Below are positions 13,806 through 26,700 of a stretch of 64,000 nt of DNA, piece by piece. The stretch is from Asterias rubens. Its lineage: Eukaryota. The notes beneath the pieces were generated by a model. It worked only from the letters and a program-made list of their open reading frames with translations. It was not told the origin of the DNA and did no database searches. Each line of letters starts with the position of its first letter. Position 1 is the stretch's first letter. The stretch covers positions 9,920,001-9,984,000 of the forward strand of contig NC_047068.1 in NCBI RefSeq assembly GCF_902459465.1, read 5' to 3'. The position numbers and the translations under genes are program-made.

Positions 13806-13904
13806 ATGTGATGTTTGTTACTAGCTGTGAGGATTTATAAGCCTTGCGAAGGGAAACCTGAAATTTGGAGCTGGACTTTGGAGGGATTTAAACATCGAGT
13901 CAAG
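13806..13904 (+). other. 5' UTR part of the start-codon exon
   Basis: Pyrimidine tract plus AG at 13804-13805; in-frame ATG-TGA at the exon start closes the frame upstream of ATG 13905. Confidence 0.55.
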
Positions 13905-13980
13905 ATGAGCGTTGCCAACTCATTTCTTCTGGATAGGTACCTGGAGGAGTTGAAACATAACATGGCAAACAGTGGAAAAG
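13905..13980 (+). CDS. dachs: Dachs-like unconventional myosin, coding exon 1 (MSVANSFLLDRYLEELKHNMANSGK-G, ends phase 1)
   Basis: Acceptor ttttatccag| at 13805, in-frame upstream stop (TGA 13809), ATG at 13905, donor AAG|gtaagc at 13981. Phase 1 joins the 39891 exon. The peptide resembles the insect Dachs N-terminus as I recall it (..FILDKYFTEL..); not database-checked. Confidence 0.8.
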
Positions 13981-14100
13981 GTAAGCTTCCAAAAACCCTT
14001 TATTGAATGTGAAATTTCTTTTCTTATAACTGGTTTGTCTCGTGGTCTTATTTCAATAGTTTTGTCTTCTGGTCTTGTTCTGCAACCGTTTTGTTACAAT

Positions 14101-14241
14101 GGGAGACTTTCTGGGACGATAGAGGGCAGCAGACTTACCGGGTAAATCCATTGTTCTCAGAATTATGAGCATGTTCAGAACTACGTAAACAATGGAAATT
14201 TACCCGGTATGTCTGCTGCCACCTAGCGTTGGAAAGTCTCC
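14101..14241. mobile_element. Palindromic MITE with CTCF-like motifs in both arms
   Basis: Arms GGAGACTTTC..GGCAGCAGACTTACCGGGTAAAT.CCATTGTT and AACAATGG..ATTTACCCGGTATGTCTGCTGCC..GAAAGTCTCC. Confidence 0.82.
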
Positions 14242-17200
14242 TGTTGCTCTTTTCAAGAAAAATTGTAATGTGTGTATTCTTGTGGGAAACCGTTAGTGTA
14301 TTTGTTAAAATTATTGGCCAAATGAAAAATAAAGTAGAATCCACATTTTGGGAGGTATTTTTCTTAGGCTGCCTGTTATGAAGTAACCATCACTCTCCCC
14401 TGCCCATCATTATATTATTTATAAAAACGAACTTCTCAACTTAATTTTTGATATTCTTAACCATAATTACAAAAAGAAAAGCTCAAATTTTGTCACAGTT
14501 TTTTCCATCACTGCATCCTGCTAGCTCTTAAGATTTTATCATAGCGCACAGTGAATCTACACATACCCAGAGTGGCACCCCAAATAACTAAATATGGCTA
14601 CAATTGGTGAGCGCCTGCGTTTTACATGTACATTGTCTTTGTTAAAAATAGCCCCAAATTATTATAAAATTTACCCAGTCAGTTTCCCTTGTGGTTTACA
14701 ATTATGAATATTATTATTCCTACACGTGTACGTTTCCATAAGGCTTCAACTATACCACATGCTCCAACTGTACGCATCAAATAGAACTACACATTATGAG
14801 CAGCGGGTGCCATGCAATATGAAGTTATTATGTAACCAAATATTGATCTTAGCAGCTCAATTAATCCGTCCAATAATAATAGGCATTGAGATTGATTGAT
14901 GCTTATTGAATTAAGCACAGGCACTCTGTTTATCCATAGAGTTTGAACCAGATCCCAGTCAAGTTGTACATTCTCAGGTCTACTGTATTTTTCAAAGGAC
15001 AAGGGCACCAAGGCATTTTCTTAATAAGGAAACCCTTAATAAGGAAATACATGTAACACATTTCTACTGAAAAGCATATTAAGGCAACAACATCCCTGTA
15101 GAGACAGAGAGATAGTGTGAATTGACCTGTAAATAATAAGTCGTCAAATTGAATGATCACTGAATCATACACAAGTCTCGTCGTTCTCTGTAATGTAGAA
15201 TCTAAACATCACCATTGGATGGTTAGAATATGTTGGCTAGAGATATTTTTTAGGTCAGTGGAATTTTGAAAGACTCACTTTACTTTTTTAAACTGGCTTG
15301 TAAATTCACATTTAAGAGTTTATAATTGAAGACAATTCAATCGAACAGTAGTTGTAAATGGGGATTTGTTACATATGTAAAAGTTTTCTCTAATGCGGAG
15401 AGTGACATGTGGACATACACGTACCATGCATGCAGGTATTGTGCAACAGCACATCAGAAATTTTAGACTTTTATTTGAATTGAGATTTTTTATGTCTGCA
15501 TGGAAAAAACTGAACATTATTTTCTTCAGATGTAAAAGAAATTATGCTCTTTGATCCAAAAGCACCCTTTAAGTCTATAACTCAAGGGTTGCAAAAAGGG
15601 GGGGGGATATGTCATAACTTCAATGCACAAAAATTTGGACTCTGGTTTCAAAACGTTTTGTCTGAATCAACCCCTGAGTAAAAATGTGAAGTTGGGGGAA
15701 AAATCGCTTTGTTTCAAATTATTTTCAATGCTGCCTAGAGACAAAACCCTAAACATGTATTTTGAAAACTCATAAGTAATGAGTCACGATGCAGTCTTCA
15801 CCCTCCAGCCTAATTCTGTGATTCCTCGACTGATGGCACGCCCCCTCTTAAAATTGCTCAGCAAGGCATGCGCTTTGGCCCCGCTGTCTAGAAACTTGAT
15901 TTGGCTTTGGTGCGTGGATAAAAGGGATTTCAGGAAAAACCCGTAGCTGGGAGCTATCTTGAGCAATTATGTCTACTGAACTGTAAAGAAAAGTCATTTG
16001 AGTCTACGCGGAGGAAATGGAAACAAGAAAAGGAAAATCATCTTGAAAAAAAAAGAGCGGGAACTCTTGAGATGGGGTTTAACTCGGCCAAGTCACGGTA
16101 TATGCCTAATGGGAGTGCTCTTAATTAAAGGTCAATAGTTCAACCCATTGGAAGCATTGTGGGATTAGTTCTACAATCGGAAATTGAATTTTTGTTTTAC
16201 AATTATTGGAAAAGGGATGAAATTTATGGATGGGGGGGGGGGGGGCTGGAGAAGGATTATTTTTTTTCTCTTCCTGTCATTTTTATTATGCCTGACGGAA
16301 ATAGCCATGCAGGTAAAGTTGAATAGATCAAAAGCATTGTTGAAGATTATTAATATCTGTTCCACTCAGTCTAAATTGCATTTTTGATAAGGAGGGTAAA
16401 CTGAACTGGTGGAACTTCAACCATTTAGGAGCAACTTGAAATTAAATTTTAAGGAAGAAAAGTTCACTGCCATTAGAAGATCAAAGTGTGTATGAAATAA
16501 ATATTTAAGAGGAAAGAAAGCTTCAGTGCTACAAAATTGGGACGGGAAATACTTTGTTGTTTATAAGGGCATCAAGGCAGTTCTTCCTCTAAAGGGCCTC
16601 TCAATGAGCAAGGTTTGCTCGCAACTTTTTCAGTCACTATAGTGACTAGCCAGCAGTAGCTTTTCGTTTTCTCTAGTCTATCAGCCTTTCCACGAGTCCT
16701 TATTTGTATTGTCCTATTTCAAGTTCTTTCCAACACAGAACTTGCCAGCCGAAAACAACTGTTATGGGAGGAACACTGATGAGGGAAACTTAAATTTGTA
16801 CTGGAACATTTCAAAGGGCAGCTAGGCAATAACTTGGGTCATGGAGGCAGTGTCTTCATTGTCTCCATGAATTACATTGTGTCAGGTCTGCAGGATTACG
16901 GCTGTACCGTGGCTGCTGTACACATTTAGTGTGATGAATGGTAGAACATTGTGTTTCTGATCATGGCGCTGTGAAAAGGCCTTTTTAAAGCTCCATGTTC
17001 TGATGTACTTTTCAAGAGTTGTGCTTTTATTTTGAAATAAAAGTGTGTACCAAGTATCATCATCAAATGTCTTGATCATAGAAACTGGTTCAAAAATCTG
17101 TCACTTATGTTCCTTACATTGTTTTTTCCCATGAAGAATTAGACAATCTAAGCTCCTGTATTTGTCCGATCTTTGATGTTCTTCCTGACCCTGTGTTTGG

Positions 17201-17371
17201 CTCATTTGTTTCAGTGTCTCTCATCTTTTTTTTTCGTAAATAAAGTGGACAAATCTTAAGGCCTTCTGCGTTGAAGGTTTGATTGATTTACAATGTATGT
17301 GGGAATTGGCTGCTGGTCTTTTCCCGATTTCCTGAACTTGAAAATGAAGGTGGTGGAAGGTTAATGTGTTT

Positions 17372-17435
17372 TGTAAATTGAGGTTATACAGTCATTTTAA
17401 TGTGTTTTGTAAATTGAGGTTATACAGTCATTTTT
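17372..17435. repeat. Short tandem duplication (about 35 bp x2)
   Basis: AATGTGTTTTGTAAATTGAGGTTATACAGTCATTTT twice. Confidence 0.85.
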
Positions 17436-20400
17436 CACTCTGACAGAACATTGGTTGTTTTTCTGGGAGGAGTGGATATTGAAAGAAGGGGACACCATCT
17501 TATAGTTAGGTACACAAGTTTCAAAGATGAAGGAATCTGGATCTTGAATGATCATCTTTGTTTTTTGTTCCTTACAGTTTTGATAGAATGAAAGATATGT
17601 TCAGGTAATTTGCTGGAAAAAAATTTCTGCATCAATTACTGAAAGTACATTGTGGGGTAGGATTTTTTGTGTGATTATGCTATCTATAGAAATCAAGGCC
17701 AGATTATTAAACACACTGCCTAATTTTTCTCTCACTGGCGCCATGTAAATATATAGTGCGGACAAACTGACCAAAACTCATTTGAATTACAGAAATATTC
17801 TATGAAGGTTGAAAGTTTAGATGATCAATTTAAATGATTTTATGTAAAAAATATTAATTGCTTTAAGCTTTTGACGAGCATACAATTTTTTTATTATTAT
17901 TTTTCCTCAAAAGTGCCATAGAATGGTGGAAAACAATGTAATAAGTTTGAGGAAGTTTGAAGTTTTCCACTTGGTTTTGGAAAAAAATTAAAACTATTAA
18001 TAAGTTGCATGTCTGTTTTAAAAGCGTCATCCACATTTTGCATATAAAAACCAGCCGGTTTAACTTTGTATGTACACGTATATGTTAAGCCATCACAACA
18101 GTGCCCTAGTAGTCCTCATCTTAATACCGACCTACAGTTTTGCTACAACTTACAAGTGATTATATTTGCCCAAGCAAGTGAGTATCCGTGTTACCGTCCA
18201 TCGAGCACGGCTTGTGGGGTCTAGACCAGTGTACATAAGCCAAGCAATTGCCAACGATCACCGTCGGTTCCCTTTGACTGCAGAGGCTGAGTGTATTTGT
18301 ATAGCTCCTCCATCATCAACCCTACAAAAAAGTGCCCTAAGCTTTCCGAGTTTTTTCCACCCCTCTTTTGTCTTGCGCTGGCAGTTTTTTGATAACTTGT
18401 GTCCACAATGTGTGGATACGTGTGAGTGGCAGTGTAGTCAATGCATGTACTTATGGCTACCACAGTAACTAGCATGCTAGTACTGTATGTCCATCTCCTA
18501 ACCTACTAATGGATATATTTACACATTTTATGCGAAATGCCAAACCTGAAAACAAGATTATCCGCAGTCTGAACCAACAAACAACAAGTTTTGTGTGAGA
18601 GAGTGGGACATTTTTTTTCTAGGGCTTAAAAACCTGACAATGAAATCTGCATAGTTGAACACACTTTGTGTTTTCTTGATGAGAAGATTTCACCAGGAAC
18701 CTTGAGGAGTCCAAACATTGTTGTCATTTCGCACTAGGTTGCAACTTGTAAAGTTCACAATGCTAAAATGAAGCAAGGGACTTTTGCTAAATAATTGCAA
18801 TTCCGAAATCACCTCTTGCTACTCGGCTGTCAGTGGGCACAAAATCTGTTCAGTCAAAATATTTTGAGAAGTTGATGCAAAGTTAATGAAAAAAAAAACC
18901 ATCTCTGTTTCTCATGTACCAGTACTAGTCTAGAAACCATTCAAAGACCCATTAAACTGAAGAATTTATAAGAAAATCCGAACAAATACATGTTTGGTTT
19001 GCGGTAACAAATACCTTACAAACTCATACTATTACTTTTGAAAACGGATGCCTTTAAAGCCTAGGAGACATATTTCTTCATGTAAAACTCGCAGAAGTTG
19101 GTTTGTATTGTTATTTAAGCACATAATCTTCCTGAGGCCATTTGGTCTGGTCCTTGAAATGGACTCCGACTCCATTTGTGGAGCTCGCTGTAGGTATTCT
19201 TCGTGGTTTCTCTCTGAGAAGAAAAATCCTCGTTTTACTAGCCACTATAAAGGAGAGTGAATTAGTTAACATTCATGTCTCGGCTCAGTAACTTTTTCAG
19301 AAGATAGTAGTGCAATTTGATAATTGAAGAAGCTTGAAAGATTGCAAAAAGACGAGAACTCTTGGCGTCATATAGTGATTTCTTTGAAGTCGAACCAAAT
19401 CAGACTGCTGTCTGTTACAAAAATCTAGGCCTGATCTCAAATTGCATGTGCCTCCAAAATGAAAATAGATCACCACAACATGCTTTGTTCGAATCCATAC
19501 ACGGGAGGAAGTTTTGTCATTTTTGTATGCAACAGTTTTGGCAGGATGTTGAATGGACTACAGTTAGCCTAATTTCAACAAAAGTCTCCGCTGGTGTTGT
19601 CAAGGAGACAGGTGGGGGCAACAACAAGTTTCGATTGTTGTCATTACCATTAGATATTGTAGATGGAATTACAACTGGTTTATGTATCCGTTTCAATATT
19701 TCAGTCTTCGAAAAATCACAGCAAGTTATCGTTTCCTACTAGCCATCTGCTTACCACAAAGAACAGGGAAATCAGAAAAAGTGTATTGTGTGTCTGACTG
19801 TCTGTGTTAGGAATAAGCCCTTTTCACACAAGAGCAATTAAGCAATGGTCCCTTGCTAAGTATGGTTGTAAAAAAAATATTAAAAAAATTACCTTGTGTG
19901 AAAGGACTAAAATTTGTGTACTGTCAAAGGTCCCTTGTCGAGTCTTGTCAAATATTGCTTCATTTTACAACCATGCTCAAATTAAGCAAGTGACTCACAT
20001 GAATTGCTGTTGTGTGCATAGGGCTATCTAACTATAGTTGATCAATAATGTGATGATGAGCAGGAAATATTTTGTAAATTCCAGTGGGGATTATACCCGA
20101 TGGAGCTTAAATCCACTGGCAGCTAATCCGGTCCCAATCGATGGATTATCTGAAGATCTGTCTCAGGTTTTCTTTTCAGGATGACATCTTGTTGAGGTTA
20201 AGGTGTTTAAGTTGAATGATGTGCAAATAAAAGGCGTTATTTCTGATCGGCTGCTTAAAGGGAATGTTTTGGAAGATTGTGTCCAAAGGTTCAATCAATG
20301 ATTTAAAAGAAAGACAAGGTGTTTGACAAAATTAAGAAGGAAAAACTTGATTTCCATTTTGGCTTTTTGGTCTCACTCCTTAAAGAATTGAAACTGGGTT

Positions 20401-20660
20401 CTGTGACTGGCAGAAACTGCTATGTACACAACCACCCCCCCCCCACAACAGCACCCCCACCCCCAACAAATCAGGACAACATGGGGGGAAAAAACACATA
20501 CACCAAAATAAGATCAGAAATAGTCAATATGTAATAGCAGAAAACTATTTTTAAAAGAGAAAAAGACAGAAATGGTGTCATGAAACTCACAAAAATTCCA
20601 TTACAACTTGACACTGACAGAAACACCTGAATGCATCTTGTCAACTCCTTTTTATGAGCT

Positions 20661-20727
20661 TTGATTTTTTTCAATTGTAAACTCTGAAAGCCCTGTTGAT
20701 TTTTTCAATTGTAAACTCTGAAAGCCA
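20661..20727. repeat. Short tandem duplication (about 34 bp x2)
   Basis: TTGATTTTTTCAATTGTAAACTCTGAAAGCC twice. Confidence 0.85.
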
Positions 20728-21443
20728 TGAGCCTCGCAGTTTTCCAAAGTTTCTTATGCAGTTTGTTTGCAAGGTTGTACCATGGAGCTATAAAGCCACT
20801 CCTTTAAACTTAAACCCTCTCAGAAATGTTTTGGATTTCCTGCATTGTTATGGAAACAAAGAGATTAAGAGATTAATACAGTTGGATCCTTCAACAGAGA
20901 TTAACATTTGGACATACCTGTACAGGTATCATTAATCTGTGAAGTCAGACAGACTGTTTGCATTTTGTACATTGTGTGTTAAGAGAGACAAGTATATGTA
21001 CTTTTTCAATTGAATCTTTATTTGTAATGTGGTGACAGAAAGTATTCTATGAAGTGTGAATTACAGAATACAAGTTCGGTTGATAGATAAAATAAATGCT
21101 TTTCAGTGTTAGATTCTGTCGAAAGATGCACACTAAACATTTACTCTCATTAAAAATGAAGGTTTCTGAAAATCTAACTTCTTTATCACTCTACATATTG
21201 GATCCTTGGCTTGCACTATTACTAGAAAGTCTAATGCCCTATGGGTTTGTTACCTAACTCTATTGATACATCTATGGCCGAAATATAATGGTAGGCTACC
21301 CTCTCTTTAGTGTAAAAGTGAAACCAATTGAGGAAATGTAAATTTCTACTTGAACATTTCAAGCAGCACCATTGCTGCAAGGCAGAGTAGGAAATTGCCT
21401 CTGTGTGAAGTTTGACTCACAATGAACAGTCTTGCCACTGGTC

Positions 21444-21545
21444 CAGGCCTGATACTTCACAGAGGCAACGGAGGTGATTGCCTCCATGCCCCCTGGTTCA
21501 TTGGTGTTCATTGGTGCCCTTAAAATACTCTACTAGAAATCTACT
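21444..21545 (+). mobile_element. CAGGCCTG-ended repeat, partial
   Basis: CAGGCCTGATACTTCACAGAGGCAAC..TTGCCTCCATGCCCCCTGG shared with other copies. Confidence 0.75.
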
Positions 21546-23083
21546 GCTAGTCTGTATACCACTTTAAAAATTCTGTCTCATTCCCCCAAATCCCCCAAAA
21601 TATACTCCCTCCTTTTTTTTTAAAGGGCTGGTTCATGAGTCATTCCCGTTTGACTTGTTTTTATCTTAGTGGTTTTCTGGTCAATGCATCACCGAATCAA
21701 GTTCACAAATTCGCTGTGTTTGATTCTCGTGTCAAAGGCAGTGCACATGCTTTTACATGTCTGAACATGTACTGTAGGCCTCAATTGCAATTGCATCTTA
21801 CTGAGGAGGCGAATTTCAACAAAGAGACCTCGTTGGTTGCATCACAGTTTTTTTTTACGACAGCCAATTGAAGAATGAGAAACCACCGGGGTGATTAGGT
21901 AGCAGGATAGATGCTTTTCACCTTTTCAAGAACAAATCCACCCCACTGATCTCTCTCTTGTTGCAGGGATTTTAAACCCTGGGGCCCATGGTGGGTATCA
22001 AGAGGAGAAACAGATCTCTGATGGAAAGATAGGCATAGCAGCATAGAGGTGCCCCGCGTTACCTACACCCATCATTTAAAGATGGGAAAGGCTACCCGGG
22101 GAGTGTGTATCTTCTACCTCCAACAAATCTTGGAAGAGTCGGAGGCCTATCTTCACAAGTAGAGATATCGTATAAAGAAAAACAAGAGTCATGTAGAGGG
22201 ACGCTTTCACCAGTAAGAAAATAGCATTCAAATATGAAGACCCTCTCTCAAGGAAAAAAATACTGTTTATTAATTTGATTGCAGCAATCTGAGTAAAATA
22301 TAATGAACGTGCACAGAATCCCTGATGAAACAAAAGCTGTTTTTAGTTGTTTCAAAACACCAAACACCAAATTTGCTGTCATTTTTACAGGTTGGTTTAT
22401 ATACTGTGTTTTTCCTGAACAATATGTTGGAAAAAAATGCTGTGTCTAAATTCTATTTTCCCTAATTGTGCTTTACTAAAGTTTGGCTGAACTTTGTTAT
22501 TAATTACAACAACAAGCAGAGAACAAAAGTTGCGAAGTATACACTGCACTCAAAAATACAACACACATAACTTCTTTGGTTATATGAAGATTCTTTTATT
22601 CATGCAGTAGGGCTGTTCTTACAAATCTCTCTATCTCTCTCACCTGTAAGTAGCCTATCTTGAGAAAAAGTTCACCCCCCTCAAGCCCCAGGGTAAGGGG
22701 TTCCTGTCTGCCCTTCAATACCCTGGCTTCTTGCTTCAGTATCCTGTGGTGTCAGACACTGCAGAGGACTTCAAGAAGACAGGACATTGATTTTGCTAAC
22801 GGGGGTTTAAGGGAGGGAGGAACGAGGTATGGGATGGGAATAAATCCCCACTCTACTCTCTGAGGGGAATAGATCATGACGGAGGGTCTGAGATTGATGT
22901 AGATACACACATGTAGAATAGTATCTGCTGGCTGTGATATCTACCTGATTAACTTTCATGCCGTGGGGGTACAATGTAAAGTGGGTCCTGTACTTTTGCT
23001 GGTTCACAGTACAGGAGTTTCGGTACAAGTTCAATACAAGAGTACAAGAAGTTGAACTTTGTGGTCGTTTACATACATTTTAA

Positions 23084-23253
23084 CATGCCTGTATTGTATG
23101 CTTCGTTTTTTGGAAGAAAAAGGGCACCAAGGCATTTTCTCCTGGGTAAAGGGCACCCAATAAGGAAATTGTAAATGTCTTCAGAGCATTTCAAGGGCAC
23201 CAAGGCAATGAACAGGGGGCATGGAGGCATGACTCTGTGAAGTATCATGCCTG
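23084..23253 (-). mobile_element. CAGGCCTG-ended MITE
   Basis: Reverse complement of 29753-29931. Confidence 0.8.
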
Positions 23254-26200
23254 CTGTGAAAGCTGTGATAGGAAACGGTGTCTGTTAATAAGTTTCTTTA
23301 TTGCTTTATTGCTTTATTTTCCTTTAGTAAAAGAAATAGTACTTTTCTTTGAGTACAATACAAGCTTCGGTAAGCAGTTTTCAATATTTCAATTGGCTAT
23401 TTAAGAAAGCAGGGCAGTTCTTTGCAGAACTTAGTAGTAGTCTCCTGAATTCCCCAAATCTGTTCCATGGCAGTAGAATAAATGTACACATGTCAGCAAG
23501 GTAGATATAGACCTACACTTGGTGTTTCCGTAACTTTACCATGCAATGCCTGAATGAAAACCCATGCATAAATGCATGTAGGATATTTTCTTCCCCTTTT
23601 TGGGCAGTCAGTCAGAACAGTTACATTTCTCTAAACCCTGTGGATTACCATTGACAATTGTTGGTGGATATTTTATGTATAGGATAAAAAAAGCTTGAAA
23701 CGGATTTATGTACAAGTGGGATTTATATGTTGTACCATAGTGGTACCCTTATATTGTCCTGTTCGAATGACCACTTTGAATGAGACTAATCCGCCACCCA
23801 TGACGCTGGTTTTCAGAAAGATAGAGAAGTTTTAGGGGTTCCTGGTTCCCACAGGAAAACCAAACTTCTCAACAAGATTATGAATAAAGGGAAGGGGTTG
23901 TATCAACCTTGCTACCATGGGCAGTGCGTCATATCACCCGCTAACTCTGTGTACGCCTCTAACCCCTGGAAAGGAAACTCTGATCTGTGTCTTTGATTGG
24001 CAAATCACACTTCCAGGGGTTACGATAAATCAAGCAAGGGATTTTTTTTTAAGGGGGTGGGGGGGGGGGTGGCACTTTAGCCGGGATCAATATTTTCACA
24101 GGATGTTTACTGCCAAACCATCTTTGTAACATGTAGGCCTGTTTGGGCTTTCGGCTAAAACTTATATAACAAAATTGGATCATTAGTTTTACTTTTCTTG
24201 AACACCCTGCTATTTAAATGCAATTGTCTTTGACATTTTCATCCTTGAAAAAAACGTACATACATGTATGTAGGCCTACTCGTTCAGATTATTTTTGATG
24301 GGGTTGATTTCTTGATGAAACCTCTAAAGATGAAACCTCTCTTGATGAAACCTCTAAAGCCGACCTATCAGTATTTTAAGGCTGTGTGTTTTGTAAACAG
24401 TTCCTGAATTCCTAATTTGTGTGTAATATCTGCCATCAGTGTGCATTTTGTTGACCTAGTCATCCTCAAAGACAACAAGCTGTGACGTTAATAAAGTAGG
24501 TCCAAGCGCCCCACGGTGAATCCTTGGTGGAAATTATTTACACCAATTGGAAAATTTGGCCTCAACAAGGGACACATGTGGTGCATGGTCATTGGGGCCA
24601 TTTCCACAGTTATGGCTGAATTGTTGCAAAAACTGCGGTTGTAGATTTGTTGTGTGGTTTCATTTTATGAGGGCATGATTGTTGTTTTGAAAGGAAATCG
24701 TTGCCTTGTAAGAATTTCTGTAAAGACACAAACATTTCATGGTTGGAAGGTCAAATTGTGTTTAGAAGTTGACCTACAAATGCCATCCTCTATAAATGTC
24801 AATCAAATTGATTTCTTGAAACTGAAAGGTATATATTTTTTACTGCATGTTCCAGTGAAATCCAAGTGCTAAGTGTACCACAAGCGATGTAGAGGGTGTC
24901 TGCCTAAAATGTTCCCATACTTTAACACACTCTTTTCCTCTTGTACAAGTAACCCCCCCGCCCCAAAAGAATTTTAAAATAAGATTTACATTATTCATGT
25001 ACATTAAGTATAGGGGTACCCCATTGCCTCTAGTCATAAAGAGCTCCAAATGTATGAGTGACAGAGCACTCAATCCCAAGATCTCCTTTGAGGAAACAGC
25101 TTTGCTGAAATACATTATTCAACTTGATCTCTCACTGAATAACTTTCCAGTATTTGCATGAAACTTCTTGTACGTAGGTCAGGACCAAACTATCTTTACA
25201 TTCAGCTTTGGCACAGTAGCTCACAATGCTGCAGTGCAGTGAGTGCACTATTTGCACCACGGTGAACAAAGAGGGCGCATGATTCAAATCATTCGCGTTT
25301 CTGGCGTGCCCGCAGCTGGACGTGAACTGGTTCGTCTCCGGTTGGAGGATCAGAAACACATAGAGGCCTTATTGAGCACAATATTCTGAAGGGATTTTGG
25401 GTGATGTATACAATGAATCATGTAGTAAAGTGACTAAGGGTATAACCCCGAAAAAGTGAACATGTTTTATTCGGGGTATTTCCGCCGTGTTACAGCCTTA
25501 AGTTTGCTGGCACAGGCGAGGGGTTAGTTTACTATCTCCAGTTTACTCTGTTATGGGGGCCACAGCTTTGGCTTTTTCAAGACTTCCTTCAGAGCTGTTT
25601 CACTTTATCCGCAACAGTACACCTTCATGTTGCTCTCAGGCATCTGACTTTCCTCCTAGCCTCAGTAGCAGCCCATGCAGGCTTTGAAATAACCCACGAC
25701 ACCCACAGCAGTTGTTGTGATGCCCTGTGCTTTTGCTGTGATGCCTTTGCAAAGTTCCAATACAAAGTTTACACAATCTTCATACATGTAGAAGTGCCCT
25801 TTCCAGAGAAAAATTGCTGTGCCCCGTCAGGAGCCAAGCTCAAGGCCTGCCATGTCATTGCTATCTTGCAATTACTTTCACCATGGAGCTATTAATAGGC
25901 TTTCAACCTAATCTTGAGTTACATCAGCAGGTTTCATTATGGTTGTTAATCAGATTATTGGCTCTCTAACTTAATGAATTCTCTCTAATTAGTTTCCTTT
26001 GTCTCTATTTACCGACACATTTATTAGCTTATGAGTGAACCTGTAAAAAGCAGCTGACACCACATGGGTGAAAATATACAAAGAACATCTAATCATAATG
26101 CACATGTAATTGATCTCCTAAATATTGATTCATCACATGGGCGCTGAATTGTTAATTGGGCCAATAAGTGCCAGGCAATGACCATTCTTTGTGTTAGACT

Positions 26201-26594
26201 ATGTGCTAGACTTTGTGCTAGATATTGATTCCTCATGGGCACTTAATTGTTAATTGAGCCAATTAGTGCTCTTTGTGTTCAAAGGCCCTACTTACTCTAT
26301 TCTCAAGACAAGGTGTGCTGCACATTGAGTGTGTGTATTTCACAAATTGAAAATGACAAATTTGTGACACAAGGTCAGTATTTTAATATGGAATATTTGG
26401 TGTGATGTCCCACACCAAAATCAAGCACTTTATGTATTTCAAATATCAAACATAACTGCTCCTTTAAATTCGCAAGATCAGGACCTCTGAATTTGGCAAC
26501 AATTTATCAAGTTGATTGTATAGCGTAGTTATTCAAACACTACAATATGAATCAATTTACTCTTCCATTAAAACAATGGTGCAGATAACTATTT

Positions 26595-26700
26595 CCCTTG
26601 TATATTATTAGAGCAAAATGCTACACAATATACCAGTTGCTACTATACAAATCACAATTTGCTACTCATTATTAGCATTCAGTGTGCACGAAGTATGTTC
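26595..26700 (+). repeat. Dispersed repeat, homologous to 63410-63515
   Basis: AGAGCAAAATGCT.CACAA..GTTGCTACT..AAATCA..ATTTGC.ACTCA.TA.TAGCATTCA.TGTGCAC in both. Confidence 0.75.

Noticed and set aside
17578-17604. 27-nt microexon with good splice sites (cttacag|...|gtaatt)
   Set aside because: In the dachs phase-1 frame it contains a TGA. It could be a poison exon, but there is no support beyond the splice motifs.
19362-19742. 126-aa ORF
   Set aside because: Non-ATG start, no recognisable motif and no compatible splice structure.
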